A stretch of 64,000 nucleotides of DNA from a virus. A program made the position numbers and the translations under genes. Within the stretch, counting starts at the first letter, position 1; each line of letters begins with the position of its first letter. The stretch spans positions 1-64,000 of IMG/VR virus record IMGVR_UViG_3300033978_000457; one strand, 5' to 3'. The notes under the pieces were generated by a model, which was not told where the DNA came from, did not search any database, and saw only the letters and a program-made list of their open reading frames with translations. Shown here piece by piece: positions 7,554 through 16,126 of the stretch.

Positions 7554-10524
7554 AGGTCAAAATATCAGCCTAGTGCCATCCGATGGTATGAAGTCAGAAG
7601 CTGAAAGAGCACTAGCTTGGAAAGCTGATGGCAAACGTGGCGGTACAAGAGTTGGATTAGCTCGTGCAAATCAGCTAAAAAATAAAACCGAGCTTTCGCC
7701 TAGCACTGTGAGAAGAATGTTCAGCTTCTTTAGTCGCCACGAGGTGGATAAACAGGCTCAAGGGTTTAGCCCAGGAGAAGAAGGTTATCCTTCCCCCGGC
7801 CGCGTGGCCTGGGCTTTATGGGGCGGAGACGCTGGGTTTAGTTGGTCCCGTGCTAAAGTAGCAACTATGGATAGGCTAGACGAAAAAAAGAGTATGGACG
7901 AAGAATACGAAGAAGAAGAAGAACATGGCTCTTCATATATTTCTACCTACTTATTAGATATTGCCGACGTAGGCAAAAAATTACATGATATGCTTGGAGA
8001 CGAGGATAACTTACCTGGGCATATAATTTCAAAGGTTATACTAGCAACTGACTATATACGTGATGCACGTGATTATATTAAGTCAGAAGGATACGAAAAA
8101 CAACTAGACGAAGAGTACGACTATGAAGGAGAGATGGCTAAATCCGAGATTAGGATTATGCTAAATGCTGTAGAAGAAATTAACGGCATGCTCTCAGAAG
8201 AAATTAGTTTGCCTATGTACGTCGTATCCAAAGTCATGCTAGCTTGTACTTACGTAAAAGACTCATATGAATATATAAAACAAGAAATGCAAAAAGCAGC
8301 TCCTGAAGACTTAAAGACTGGAGATTTTGTTTCTTGGAACTCTAGTGGTGGAACTGCTCGTGGAAAAATTAAACGAGTAGTAAGAAACGGGGAAACAGGT
8401 ATACAAGGCATTAGTGGAACACCAGAAGATCCTGCGGCAGTAATTACTGTGTGGAGAAAATCCGGTGATAAGTATGAGGCATCAGATGTAGAAGTAGCCC
8501 ACAAATTTTCTACCCTAAGAAAAATAGAAAGTCTAATGAAACAAGATAGAATCTATACATTAATATCAAAGATGAAGTCTGTTTCCGAGGATTCATCTAC
8601 TATTACAATACGGGGAATGGCATCTACTACAGATACAGATAGAGTAGGAGATGTAATTATATCCGAAGCTTGGACTAAAGGGGGAACCGAAAGCTACTTA
8701 CGTAACCCTATCATACTATTTAACCATGACCACAACAGACCAATAGGGCGAGGTACTTCTTTACGGGTTACAGATAAAGGACTAGAAATTACAGCTAAAA
8801 TTAGCAAAGCTGATCCTTACATCTCTAAACTGATTTCTGACGGTATTTTAACTACTTTTTCTGTTGGGTTTAAAGTTAAAGACGCCGACTATATAAAAGA
8901 TACTGGAGGTTTACTAATTAAAGATGCAGAGCTATACGAAGTATCAGTAGTATCAATACCTGCTAATACAGCTGCAGAATTTAATGTAGTAAAAAATTAT
9001 CAATCAATGGACGAGTTTAAGAAAGGGCTTACTGTGCCCACCCTACCCGACTTGGGTAATCAAGAGGCACTGCCCTCTTCTAAGGAAAATGTAAAAATGA
9101 ATGAAGAAGAAATGAAGAAATTTCTAGCTGAAATTTCTAAAACAGCTACCGCAGCTGCAAAAATGGCTGTCGCTGAAGAAACTGCTGCTCGTAAAGCTGC
9201 AGAAGAGACTGAAAAGCTCCGCATCAAGGCAGAAGAAGAAGCACGTGAAATCGCTGTAAAAGCAGGCGCATCAGGTGCAGAAAAACTTCTAGCAGAAGTA
9301 GCAAAAACTTTTGCTGAAAAAAGCGCAGTAACAGACGCAAAAGTAGAAGCTCTAGAAGCCGACCTACGTGACCGTAGCAAGGACCTAGCTGCTCTACGTG
9401 AGTCCAAGCGTACCTTCGTTTCTAGCGAAAGCGGCACAGACTGGAAGAAAGCTTTCACTCCTGACCTAGTTAATGCATACGTTCTAAACGCTGTTCTAAC
9501 AGGAAAAGGTGGGTTCCAGGGTACGAAGTTTGGTAATTCAATCGTAGAAAAAGCAACGAACGCAATGTCCGGTGCTGCAGCTCCTACAGCTACTTCTATC
9601 GAAATCTACGAAAACACAGTTTCAACGGCTATCGAGCGCGATATTCAGAACCTACTTGTTCTAGCGCCTCTATTCCGTGAAATTAACATGCCAACAGCTA
9701 CGATGACTATGCCTATCCTACCTGACGCTGGTTACGCTGAATTCGTGTCTACAAAAACATACACGAACACAGGTAAAGATGCCCCACACGGCTCTCTATC
9801 TGAGCGCGGCGATACAGTTGGATCACCATACGGTGGCGTAGATCTAACAAACAAGACATTATCAGTTAAGAAATTACTTTCAATTTCTTACCTAGCTAAT
9901 GAAACAGAAGAAGATACGATCCTAGCGATCCTTCCTCTAATCAACGAGCAGATGGTTCGTTCACACGCACGCTCTGTTGAGCATGCAATGCTTCTAGGCG
10001 GCCACTCAACAGGTCTTCTAACGGGCGGCTTTGATGGTGTTTGTGAGCAAGCTCGCGACAACTCAAAAGAACTAACATCCGCAACTGCACTTGCATCAGA
10101 CAAGCTAACAGCTGCTAACCTACTAACTCTACGTAAGAACATGGGTAAGTGGGGAATTCGTCCTAGTGATATGGTGTTCATCGTATCTCAGACAGAATAC
10201 TTCAACCTACTAGAAGATCCTGAATTCCAAGACATGAACCTAGTTGGTACTAACGCTGTTAAGCTAACTGGTGAAATCGGAAACGTATACGGAACAAAGG
10301 TAATGATGTGCGACGAATTCAACGCCAAAGCTGCTAGCCAGCTAATGGCTGTAGCCGTAAATGCACGTAACTTTATCGTACCTCGCATGCGCGGAGTAAC
10401 TCTAGAGTCTGCATACTACCCCGGTCTACAACACCGCGAACTAGTTGCTACTCAGCGTCTAGGCATGGATTCCATCATCACTTCTGGAACTTCAGCCGTA
10501 AGCTACAGATACGCAGCTGCTTAA
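7540..10524 (+). CDS. Multi-domain prohead protease-scaffold-major capsid fusion ORF; MCP probably also initiates at 9097
   Basis: HK97 protease motifs (DRVGDVI, ILFNHD...PIG, FSVGF, LYEVSVVSIPAN), then a coiled coil and a T5-like HK97-fold capsid; no stop between them; internal TAAGGA-N10-ATG. Confidence 0.9.
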   Translation: MVKYRGQNISLVPSDGMKSEAERALAWKADGKRGGTRVGLARANQLKNKTELSPSTVRRMFSFFSRHEVDKQAQGFSPGEEGYPSPGRVAWALWGGDAGFSWSRAKVATMDRLDEKKSMDEEYEEEEEHGSSYISTYLLDIADVGKKLHDMLGDEDNLPGHIISKVILATDYIRDARDYIKSEGYEKQLDEEYDYEGEMAKSEIRIMLNAVEEINGMLSEEISLPMYVVSKVMLACTYVKDSYEYIKQEMQKAAPEDLKTGDFVSWNSSGGTARGKIKRVVRNGETGIQGISGTPEDPAAVITVWRKSGDKYEASDVEVAHKFSTLRKIESLMKQDRIYTLISKMKSVSEDSSTITIRGMASTTDTDRVGDVIISEAWTKGGTESYLRNPIILFNHDHNRPIGRGTSLRVTDKGLEITAKISKADPYISKLISDGILTTFSVGFKVKDADYIKDTGGLLIKDAELYEVSVVSIPANTAAEFNVVKNYQSMDEFKKGLTVPTLPDLGNQEALPSSKENVKMNEEEMKKFLAEISKTATAAAKMAVAEETAARKAAEETEKLRIKAEEEAREIAVKAGASGAEKLLAEVAKTFAEKSAVTDAKVEALEADLRDRSKDLAALRESKRTFVSSESGTDWKKAFTPDLVNAYVLNAVLTGKGGFQGTKFGNSIVEKATNAMSGAAAPTATSIEIYENTVSTAIERDIQNLLVLAPLFREINMPTATMTMPILPDAGYAEFVSTKTYTNTGKDAPHGSLSERGDTVGSPYGGVDLTNKTLSVKKLLSISYLANETEEDTILAILPLINEQMVRSHARSVEHAMLLGGHSTGLLTGGFDGVCEQARDNSKELTSATALASDKLTAANLLTLRKNMGKWGIRPSDMVFIVSQTEYFNLLEDPEFQDMNLVGTNAVKLTGEIGNVYGTKVMMCDEFNAKAASQLMAVAVNARNFIVPRMRGVTLESAYYPGLQHRELVATQRLGMDSIITSGTSAVSYRYAAA

Positions 10525-10528
10525 TGAT

Positions 10529-10556
10529 GTGGGCGCCGAGTAAAATCGGCGCCTAC
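10529..10556 (+). terminator. Stem-loop after capsid gene (terminator or mRNA stabiliser)
   Basis: GTGGGCGCCGA-GTAAAA-TCGGCGCCTAC; weak U tail. Confidence 0.6.
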
Positions 10557-10561
10557 TACTT

Positions 10562-10648
10562 GGAGAGCCCAATGAACGTGGATGATGGGGGCGTGGAGGT
10601 TGCCTGGCATACTTTCTGCCTTCATCACCACAGATCATTGGGTTTTTC
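10562..10648 (+). ncRNA. Long imperfect RNA hairpin (function unknown)
   Basis: Nested stems AGCCCAATGA/TCATTGGGTT, GTGG/CCAC, TGATGGGGGCG/TGCCTTCATCA, GGAGGT/ACTTTC with many G-U pairs. Confidence 0.55.
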
Positions 10649-10704
10649 TTATATGGCATTTAGATTAGCTATAAAAGCTTATCTTCAGTACGTCAAGGAT
10701 AAAA

Positions 10705-11274
10705 ATGACAGAACTAGTGACACTACAGCAGTATAAGGCATACAGAAACATCACAGGGGGCACTGATGATGGTAAACTCAATATGATTATACCTTCTGTG
10801 TCTAAACTAGTTAGGACGTATTGTGGAAGAGATTTTACGAGCTATTACGCTATAAACCTAACAGAGTATCATACTCTAAAGTGGGACGTAAGCGCTATCT
10901 TTTTGAGAGAATTACCTATCGTTCAAGTGGTTTCTGTTGAAGAGCTAGAAGAAAATAGCCAAACTGTTTATACAGCATTAACCGCATCAGAATATGTAGT
11001 AGATACTAATATGGATGCTATATACCGTATCGAAGACGGGAAGCCGAAGTACTTTCCAATTGGCATCAATGCCGTAAAAGTTGTATATAAGGCAGGGTAC
11101 GCTACAGTACCTGCTGATTTACAGTTAGCCGTTTGTGATTTAATCACATACTATTTGAAAGAGCAGTATCTTCCAGAGAAGAACCATGCTAGCTTTACGA
11201 TTAGACATAATAATGATAAGCCCGATTTTCCGGATCATATCAAGAGAGTACTGGACTTCTATAGGGATATGTAA
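10705..11274 (+). CDS. Head-tail connector / head completion protein
   Basis: LVTLQQYKAY...VRTYCGRDF...VKVVYKAGY..VPADLQLA; position after capsid. Confidence 0.85.
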   Translation: MTELVTLQQYKAYRNITGGTDDGKLNMIIPSVSKLVRTYCGRDFTSYYAINLTEYHTLKWDVSAIFLRELPIVQVVSVEELEENSQTVYTALTASEYVVDTNMDAIYRIEDGKPKYFPIGINAVKVVYKAGYATVPADLQLAVCDLITYYLKEQYLPEKNHASFTIRHNNDKPDFPDHIKRVLDFYRDM

Positions 11275-13430
11275 TGGTTGAAGATGCAAAAAGAAAAATT
11301 GCGATCAGTGTTACTGATGATAAATTTGCCCTAGAATTAAAAAAAGGCAACGACTCTATTTATGATTTTTCCGACGCGGCTAGAAGGAGAATAGGTAAAT
11401 CTATTAGCGGCACAGGACCGCTTCGAGGGTTTATTAATAGACTAGGCGGCGGAGTACTACAAAAAGTGCACTCTATAAAAGACGCTCTAAATATTTTTAA
11501 AACTATCAATAAGCAAAATACTACTGCTGTTAACAGCTTTCTTACGGACTTTTTAATTTCTCTTCAAAACGATATTTTTTACGTGCTAAACGAAACATCT
11601 GAGAGTACGGTATCGTCAATTGTACAAAACAATTTATCTCTTATAAAAGAATTTAATGCTTTTAATGGTTTGCACGCCGATCCTGCAAGAGCAGTATTAT
11701 TAAGATCTACTAAACCTTATTTACCCCCTAATATAAGAGACGCTTTAAAAGTAGACGATAGTTTTGAATCAGATAACTTTGAAGAAATTTTTATAACCAG
11801 CGACCAATCTGTAGAACAACTAAAAGCAGACTCTAGAAAACGTATTGAAGCTAGAGTTGCACAAATAATTGATGAACTTGAAAATGATAATGCTAAAGAA
11901 TCATATTTTGAACAAGATGCTGACGCTTTTATAAGTGCTACAAATAGCCAAATTGGAGACCCGGTTTTTGATAAAACAGGTAAGCCTATTAAGCCTGTTC
12001 CTAGGGAAGATGGCTCAACCTACGATAAAAAAATTAATCCTTTAATACAGCATCTATATTCTTTTAAGGATGGCGTTAACACTAAATATACATTGATAGA
12101 AACAAAAATATCTTTCAGCGTAGACCCTGCCAGCATTACAGGAGCACCTAGCGTAGGTCTTTACCCCTCTATAGAAAAAGTAGTGCCTACAGACGCTGCA
12201 CAATATGAAGCAGCTGTTAAAGTTATAGCAGGAAATATACAGCTTCCTATTGCTTTCTTAGAAAAAGCAAAACAATCTCAAGGTTCTGCAAGAATAAACT
12301 TAGAGTGGGAGCATATTGTGGGGTTAGCTACTTTTAATATATACGAAGCCGCTGTAATGGCTAAACGAATTTCTGAAATTGATGTTGATCACCCAGAAGT
12401 TCATAAAGCAGCAAAAATGGCCCCAGCTTTAGAAAGATTGTTCTTTATAGCTATGAAGGTAGATAGTTTATTTACTAGTTTTACTGATGAAAATGGAAAG
12501 CTAGTAGTGGCTAATGATGATCCCTTAACTAGGGCGGCAATTTTACATATCTTAAAAAACCAAGAGATAAATTACACAGAATATAATTGGGTTATAACAG
12601 ACAGTGAAACAGGTATGCCGCGCGCGTTCAAAAGAAATGAATTTATTAAAAGAACAACAGAAATAAGTATAACAGGCCTAGGTGTAGAATACAAGGATTT
12701 TCTAGTCGGGGGCCGAGTTGGATTGTGGGGTACTGATGTATCCAATGGTGCTAAAGGTACTCTTTCAAAGACGTTTATAAGTATAGCAAAAGGAATACTG
12801 GAAAATGGTATAGAAGAAGCTATGTCAAAAATGGATGCTTTAGAGGGCAAAGTTAAACTCCCAGGCTCCGATAGTTTTGTAAAGTCTTTAGCCATAGCTA
12901 GTGGGCTTCACAATTTTGACCTTAAATCGAAACCCGCTAAGGCTAAAACTGTAACTAAAAAAGTTCCCAAAACCAATATTTCTAAAGGCATGAGCAAAGA
13001 TGGCCCCGTTGTGCCTGTAGTGTTAAAAAAACCCAAAAACACAAAAAATCCCCCCGGTACTAAAAGTATAAGTACTTATCAAGGTACTGCCCCCGTATCG
13101 CAGAATGCACGTACTAGATCAGAAAGTTTGGTGGCTTTAATAAACTATAGTCTGTCTTCCGAAGTGAAAAAATTAATGATAGGGGGCCCGAGATTACAAA
13201 ATAGAACAGGCAGACTAGCAGATTCCGCTAAGGTTACTAGTGCAAACTCTAGAAGGATAGTGGTGCAGTACATGTCTAATCCTTATGATGTATTTTCAAA
13301 AGATAGAGGTGCTTCTCCTTGGAATAATCTTAATAGAGACCCAGTGGACCTGATAAGTTTAGCTGTTAGAAACATTCTAACGAATAATAATAAAAGATAC
13401 GCTAGGTCTGTAAGTATAGGACGGGTATAA
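11274..13430 (+). CDS. Enlarged neck/tail-completion protein (T5 p143-like C-terminus)
   Basis: C-terminal LQNRTGRLADS...YMSNPYDVF...RDPVDLI; synteny; long unassigned N-terminal region. Confidence 0.55.
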   Translation: MVEDAKRKIAISVTDDKFALELKKGNDSIYDFSDAARRRIGKSISGTGPLRGFINRLGGGVLQKVHSIKDALNIFKTINKQNTTAVNSFLTDFLISLQNDIFYVLNETSESTVSSIVQNNLSLIKEFNAFNGLHADPARAVLLRSTKPYLPPNIRDALKVDDSFESDNFEEIFITSDQSVEQLKADSRKRIEARVAQIIDELENDNAKESYFEQDADAFISATNSQIGDPVFDKTGKPIKPVPREDGSTYDKKINPLIQHLYSFKDGVNTKYTLIETKISFSVDPASITGAPSVGLYPSIEKVVPTDAAQYEAAVKVIAGNIQLPIAFLEKAKQSQGSARINLEWEHIVGLATFNIYEAAVMAKRISEIDVDHPEVHKAAKMAPALERLFFIAMKVDSLFTSFTDENGKLVVANDDPLTRAAILHILKNQEINYTEYNWVITDSETGMPRAFKRNEFIKRTTEISITGLGVEYKDFLVGGRVGLWGTDVSNGAKGTLSKTFISIAKGILENGIEEAMSKMDALEGKVKLPGSDSFVKSLAIASGLHNFDLKSKPAKAKTVTKKVPKTNISKGMSKDGPVVPVVLKKPKNTKNPPGTKSISTYQGTAPVSQNARTRSESLVALINYSLSSEVKKLMIGGPRLQNRTGRLADSAKVTSANSRRIVVQYMSNPYDVFSKDRGASPWNNLNRDPVDLISLAVRNILTNNNKRYARSVSIGRV

Positions 13431-13431
13431 T

Positions 13432-13893
13432 ATGGCTTTAGATAGAAGTAGATTATTTAGCAGCAGACGTACGGCTATAACAGATTCTCTTGTGGCGCTA
13501 TTTAAAAGTATAGATGGTACAGGAGAGTTTGTTTCTAATATATCTGGGCAAGTTTTTAATAAGTTAAAATATATGGAAGATCTAAATGATTTTCCAGCTA
13601 TATCTGTAATAGCGGGGTCAGAAAATAGAACCTATCAAACTGCTCAGTATAGGGATAGATTTTTAAATTGTAGAATAGTCGTATTCGTAAATGAAGAAAC
13701 TCCCCTCACTAAATTAGATAGTGTGTTAGAGGACTTAGAGACTTTAATAGAGGCTAACGGAAGATTAGCATATATTGATAAACAAGGCGCTACCCAGTAT
13801 ACCCACGATATAAAGATTCTCAATATATCAACGGACGAAGGAGCCCTAGAACCCATTGCAATAGGCGAAATGTCTATTCTGGTTCATTACTAA
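13432..13893 (+). CDS. Tail terminator protein
   Basis: T5-like: RTAITDSLV...DFPAISV..G.E.R.Y...TDEGALEPIAIGEM; upstream of tail tube. Confidence 0.75.
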   Translation: MALDRSRLFSSRRTAITDSLVALFKSIDGTGEFVSNISGQVFNKLKYMEDLNDFPAISVIAGSENRTYQTAQYRDRFLNCRIVVFVNEETPLTKLDSVLEDLETLIEANGRLAYIDKQGATQYTHDIKILNISTDEGALEPIAIGEMSILVHY

Positions 13894-13923
13894 GCGAAAG
13901 CTTGGTCAGAAGGAAAATAAATA

Positions 13924-15258
13924 ATGTCAATTTATCTAAAAAGAGATACTAAGGTATTCCTTAAGAAAGGCACAGCCATCTGGGAAATCCCAGTTATGTC
14001 TGGGTTCAATTTCTCACAAGGGAACACGACTTCAGAAGTTGTTCTAAAAGAAATGGCTACAGCGGCCGGAGTTTCACGCAGAGGACGTCGAGTATTCAAT
14101 GATGCTCTAGCCCCAGCCGAATGGAGCTTCTCAACGTATATTAGACCATTTAGACCAACTGTACAAACTTCTATAGCTGCTACTGCTATGGTAGCTAACA
14201 CAGGGTATAAAATTCTATCTGCGGGGGATACTGTATGGGCAACTTACGGCGCGCCGCTTGGAACTGCCGGTACTTACTTTGTAGCTAACGGACCTGGAAC
14301 AGGTACAGGCACAGTACTTCCCGCATCTATTGCGGATGCTGCTGCAAACCACCACGCTGTAGAAGAAGTTCTATGGGCTCAATTCGTAGGTTTAGGTACA
14401 TACACACCAACTACGTTCACATTCCTAAATTTCGAAGCACCAAACAGCACCGACCTAGATATTCAATTTACTGGCGGTAACAATATTAGTTTAGGCGAAT
14501 TTGACCTATTTTTCATTCTAGGCGCCACATACGACAATGATAGAGACTATGACGATGTTGCATCAGATGACGTTGTTGTTTACAAGATTGCTAACTGCAT
14601 CATCAACCAAGCTAATGTTAACTTTGACGTTGACGGTATTGCAATGATTGAATGGTCAGGCATGGGCACAGTAATTTCTAGAGAAGCAGACTTCGATGCT
14701 CGTACAGCTATTACGCAAGGTGTTACAGCTACAAATAATTTCATTCGTAATAAATTAACGTCTTTAACAGTACTAGCTGCTAATACTACGGCATACCCAG
14801 GTGCCGCAAATAACACAGCTCCAGGCACCGCAGGCTCATATACAATTACTTTAACAGGCGGCTCTATGTCGTTCTCAAACAATGCTATGTTCTTAACACC
14901 AGAAACTTTAGGTGTTGTGAATCGTCCTATTGGTCACATTGCAGGCAATAAAGCAATTACAGGTAACTTTACAGCTTACATTGAGGAAGACGCGGCATTA
15001 AAAGATACTTCTGGGCAGTTACTGGCAGACGCTTTAGCTGATCTTACAACAGTAACAAATTCCTTTGCATTAACATTTATTCTTGGTGGTACAGGTAATC
15101 TACCAAGATTTCACATTAACCTACCAACGGCACACTTGGAAATTCCCAAAGTGCAGTCTGATGATATTATTTCAGTAGACATTGCATTCCATGGCCTACC
15201 ATCTACAATCGCAGGAACAAACGAAGCGACTCTGAAGTATGTCGGAGCGTCACTATAA
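13924..15258 (+). CDS. Major tail tube protein (T5 pb6-like)
   Basis: LKRDTKVF, GFNFSQ, FNDALAPAEWSFSTYIRP, FDVDGIAMIEWSG, LTPETLGVVN, PTAHLEIP. Confidence 0.88.
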   Translation: MSIYLKRDTKVFLKKGTAIWEIPVMSGFNFSQGNTTSEVVLKEMATAAGVSRRGRRVFNDALAPAEWSFSTYIRPFRPTVQTSIAATAMVANTGYKILSAGDTVWATYGAPLGTAGTYFVANGPGTGTGTVLPASIADAAANHHAVEEVLWAQFVGLGTYTPTTFTFLNFEAPNSTDLDIQFTGGNNISLGEFDLFFILGATYDNDRDYDDVASDDVVVYKIANCIINQANVNFDVDGIAMIEWSGMGTVISREADFDARTAITQGVTATNNFIRNKLTSLTVLAANTTAYPGAANNTAPGTAGSYTITLTGGSMSFSNNAMFLTPETLGVVNRPIGHIAGNKAITGNFTAYIEEDAALKDTSGQLLADALADLTTVTNSFALTFILGGTGNLPRFHINLPTAHLEIPKVQSDDIISVDIAFHGLPSTIAGTNEATLKYVGASL

Positions 15259-15296
15259 AAATTTTTCTTGACAATGGTCAAGAGGTAGCATATAAT
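15257..15296 (+). promoter_or_regulatory. Consensus sigma70 promoter with a palindrome over the -35 box
   Basis: TTGACA (15268-15273), 17 bp, TATAAT (15291-15296); TCTTGAC-AATG-GTCAAGA inverted repeat. Confidence 0.8.
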
Positions 15297-15330
15297 AGGT
15301 GGATGGGTAAAACTGTCCACCTATATTTTT
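15295..15330 (+). terminator. Intrinsic terminator after tail tube gene
   Basis: ATAGGTGGATGG-GTAAAA-CTGTCCACCTAT then ATTTTT. Confidence 0.7.
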
Positions 15331-15345
15331 ATAAGAAGGAGAATT

Positions 15346-15756
15346 ATGAGTAAACTACAATCAATGTTAAAAGATACACTAGAGGCCTGGGTACCATTTG
15401 ATGGGCTACCGGGGTTTGAGGTTAAGCTAGCTTACCTAGCTAGGCCAGAGTTAGAAAGAATTAGAAAAGCTTCTACACGTCCAGTGTTTAAGAAGCATCA
15501 AAAAGAAGATGAACTAGATGGCGATATGTTTATGAAGCATTATGTTAAAGCTTCTATTCTTGATTGGAAAGGTTTAACATTAGAATACGCTTCGCAACTT
15601 CTTCCAATTGAAGTACCAAAAGATATACCATTAAATGAGACAATCGACTTCTCCCCCGAAGAAGCATTAAGTCTAGTTAAAAATTCTCCAGAATTTGACA
15701 AATGGTTAAATGAGATTGTGTTCAGCTTAGATTCTTTTCGTAGCCAACCTACGTGA
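15346..15756 (+). CDS. Tail assembly chaperone (G-like)
   Basis: Between tail tube and tape measure; AAGGAG RBS; acidic 136 aa. Confidence 0.8.
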   Translation: MSKLQSMLKDTLEAWVPFDGLPGFEVKLAYLARPELERIRKASTRPVFKKHQKEDELDGDMFMKHYVKASILDWKGLTLEYASQLLPIEVPKDIPLNETIDFSPEEALSLVKNSPEFDKWLNEIVFSLDSFRSQPT

Positions 15757-16126
15757 AGATACAGTTACTGACTTAGAAAAATACCTAAAAAGCAGCGAGA
15801 GCAAAATAGATAAAAAACGTTACTTAATGTTGATGGAAGAACGAGGTTTAGATCCTGATCCAGACAAGATTCCTGTAGGTTATGAAGATCTATCTTATGA
15901 TGCTCAGTTGTGTTTAAACATATACGGCAGGTTGGGAAATAGAGTTTACGGAGACGTAGGTTTTGTGGGCAAGGACTATACCAACTTGCCAATACTTATC
16001 AAATTTCATGAAATAGTTAATACTGATTTTTTACTAGAAATGCTCAATATAATAGATGAGTACAATGTAGATAAGTCACAGAAAGCTATGAAAAAGGAAA
16101 TGGATAAGATAAAGAATAGCAAATGA
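15740..16126 (+). CDS. Tail assembly chaperone T-like segment, probably expressed by +1 frameshift
   Basis: Frame open from 15731; no RBS before ATG 15827; overlaps TCT TTT CGT at the end of the G-like ORF. Confidence 0.65.
   Translation, partial: VANLREDTVTDLEKYLKSSESKIDKKRYLMLMEERGLDPDPDKIPVGYEDLSYDAQLCLNIYGRLGNRVYGDVGFVGKDYTNLPILIKFHEIVNTDFLLEMLNIIDEYNVDKSQKAMKKEMDKIKNSK

Noticed and set aside
15253-15282. Antisense promoter TTGACC-18-TATAGT facing the tail tube gene
   Set aside because: By-product of the palindrome with suboptimal spacing; no independent support
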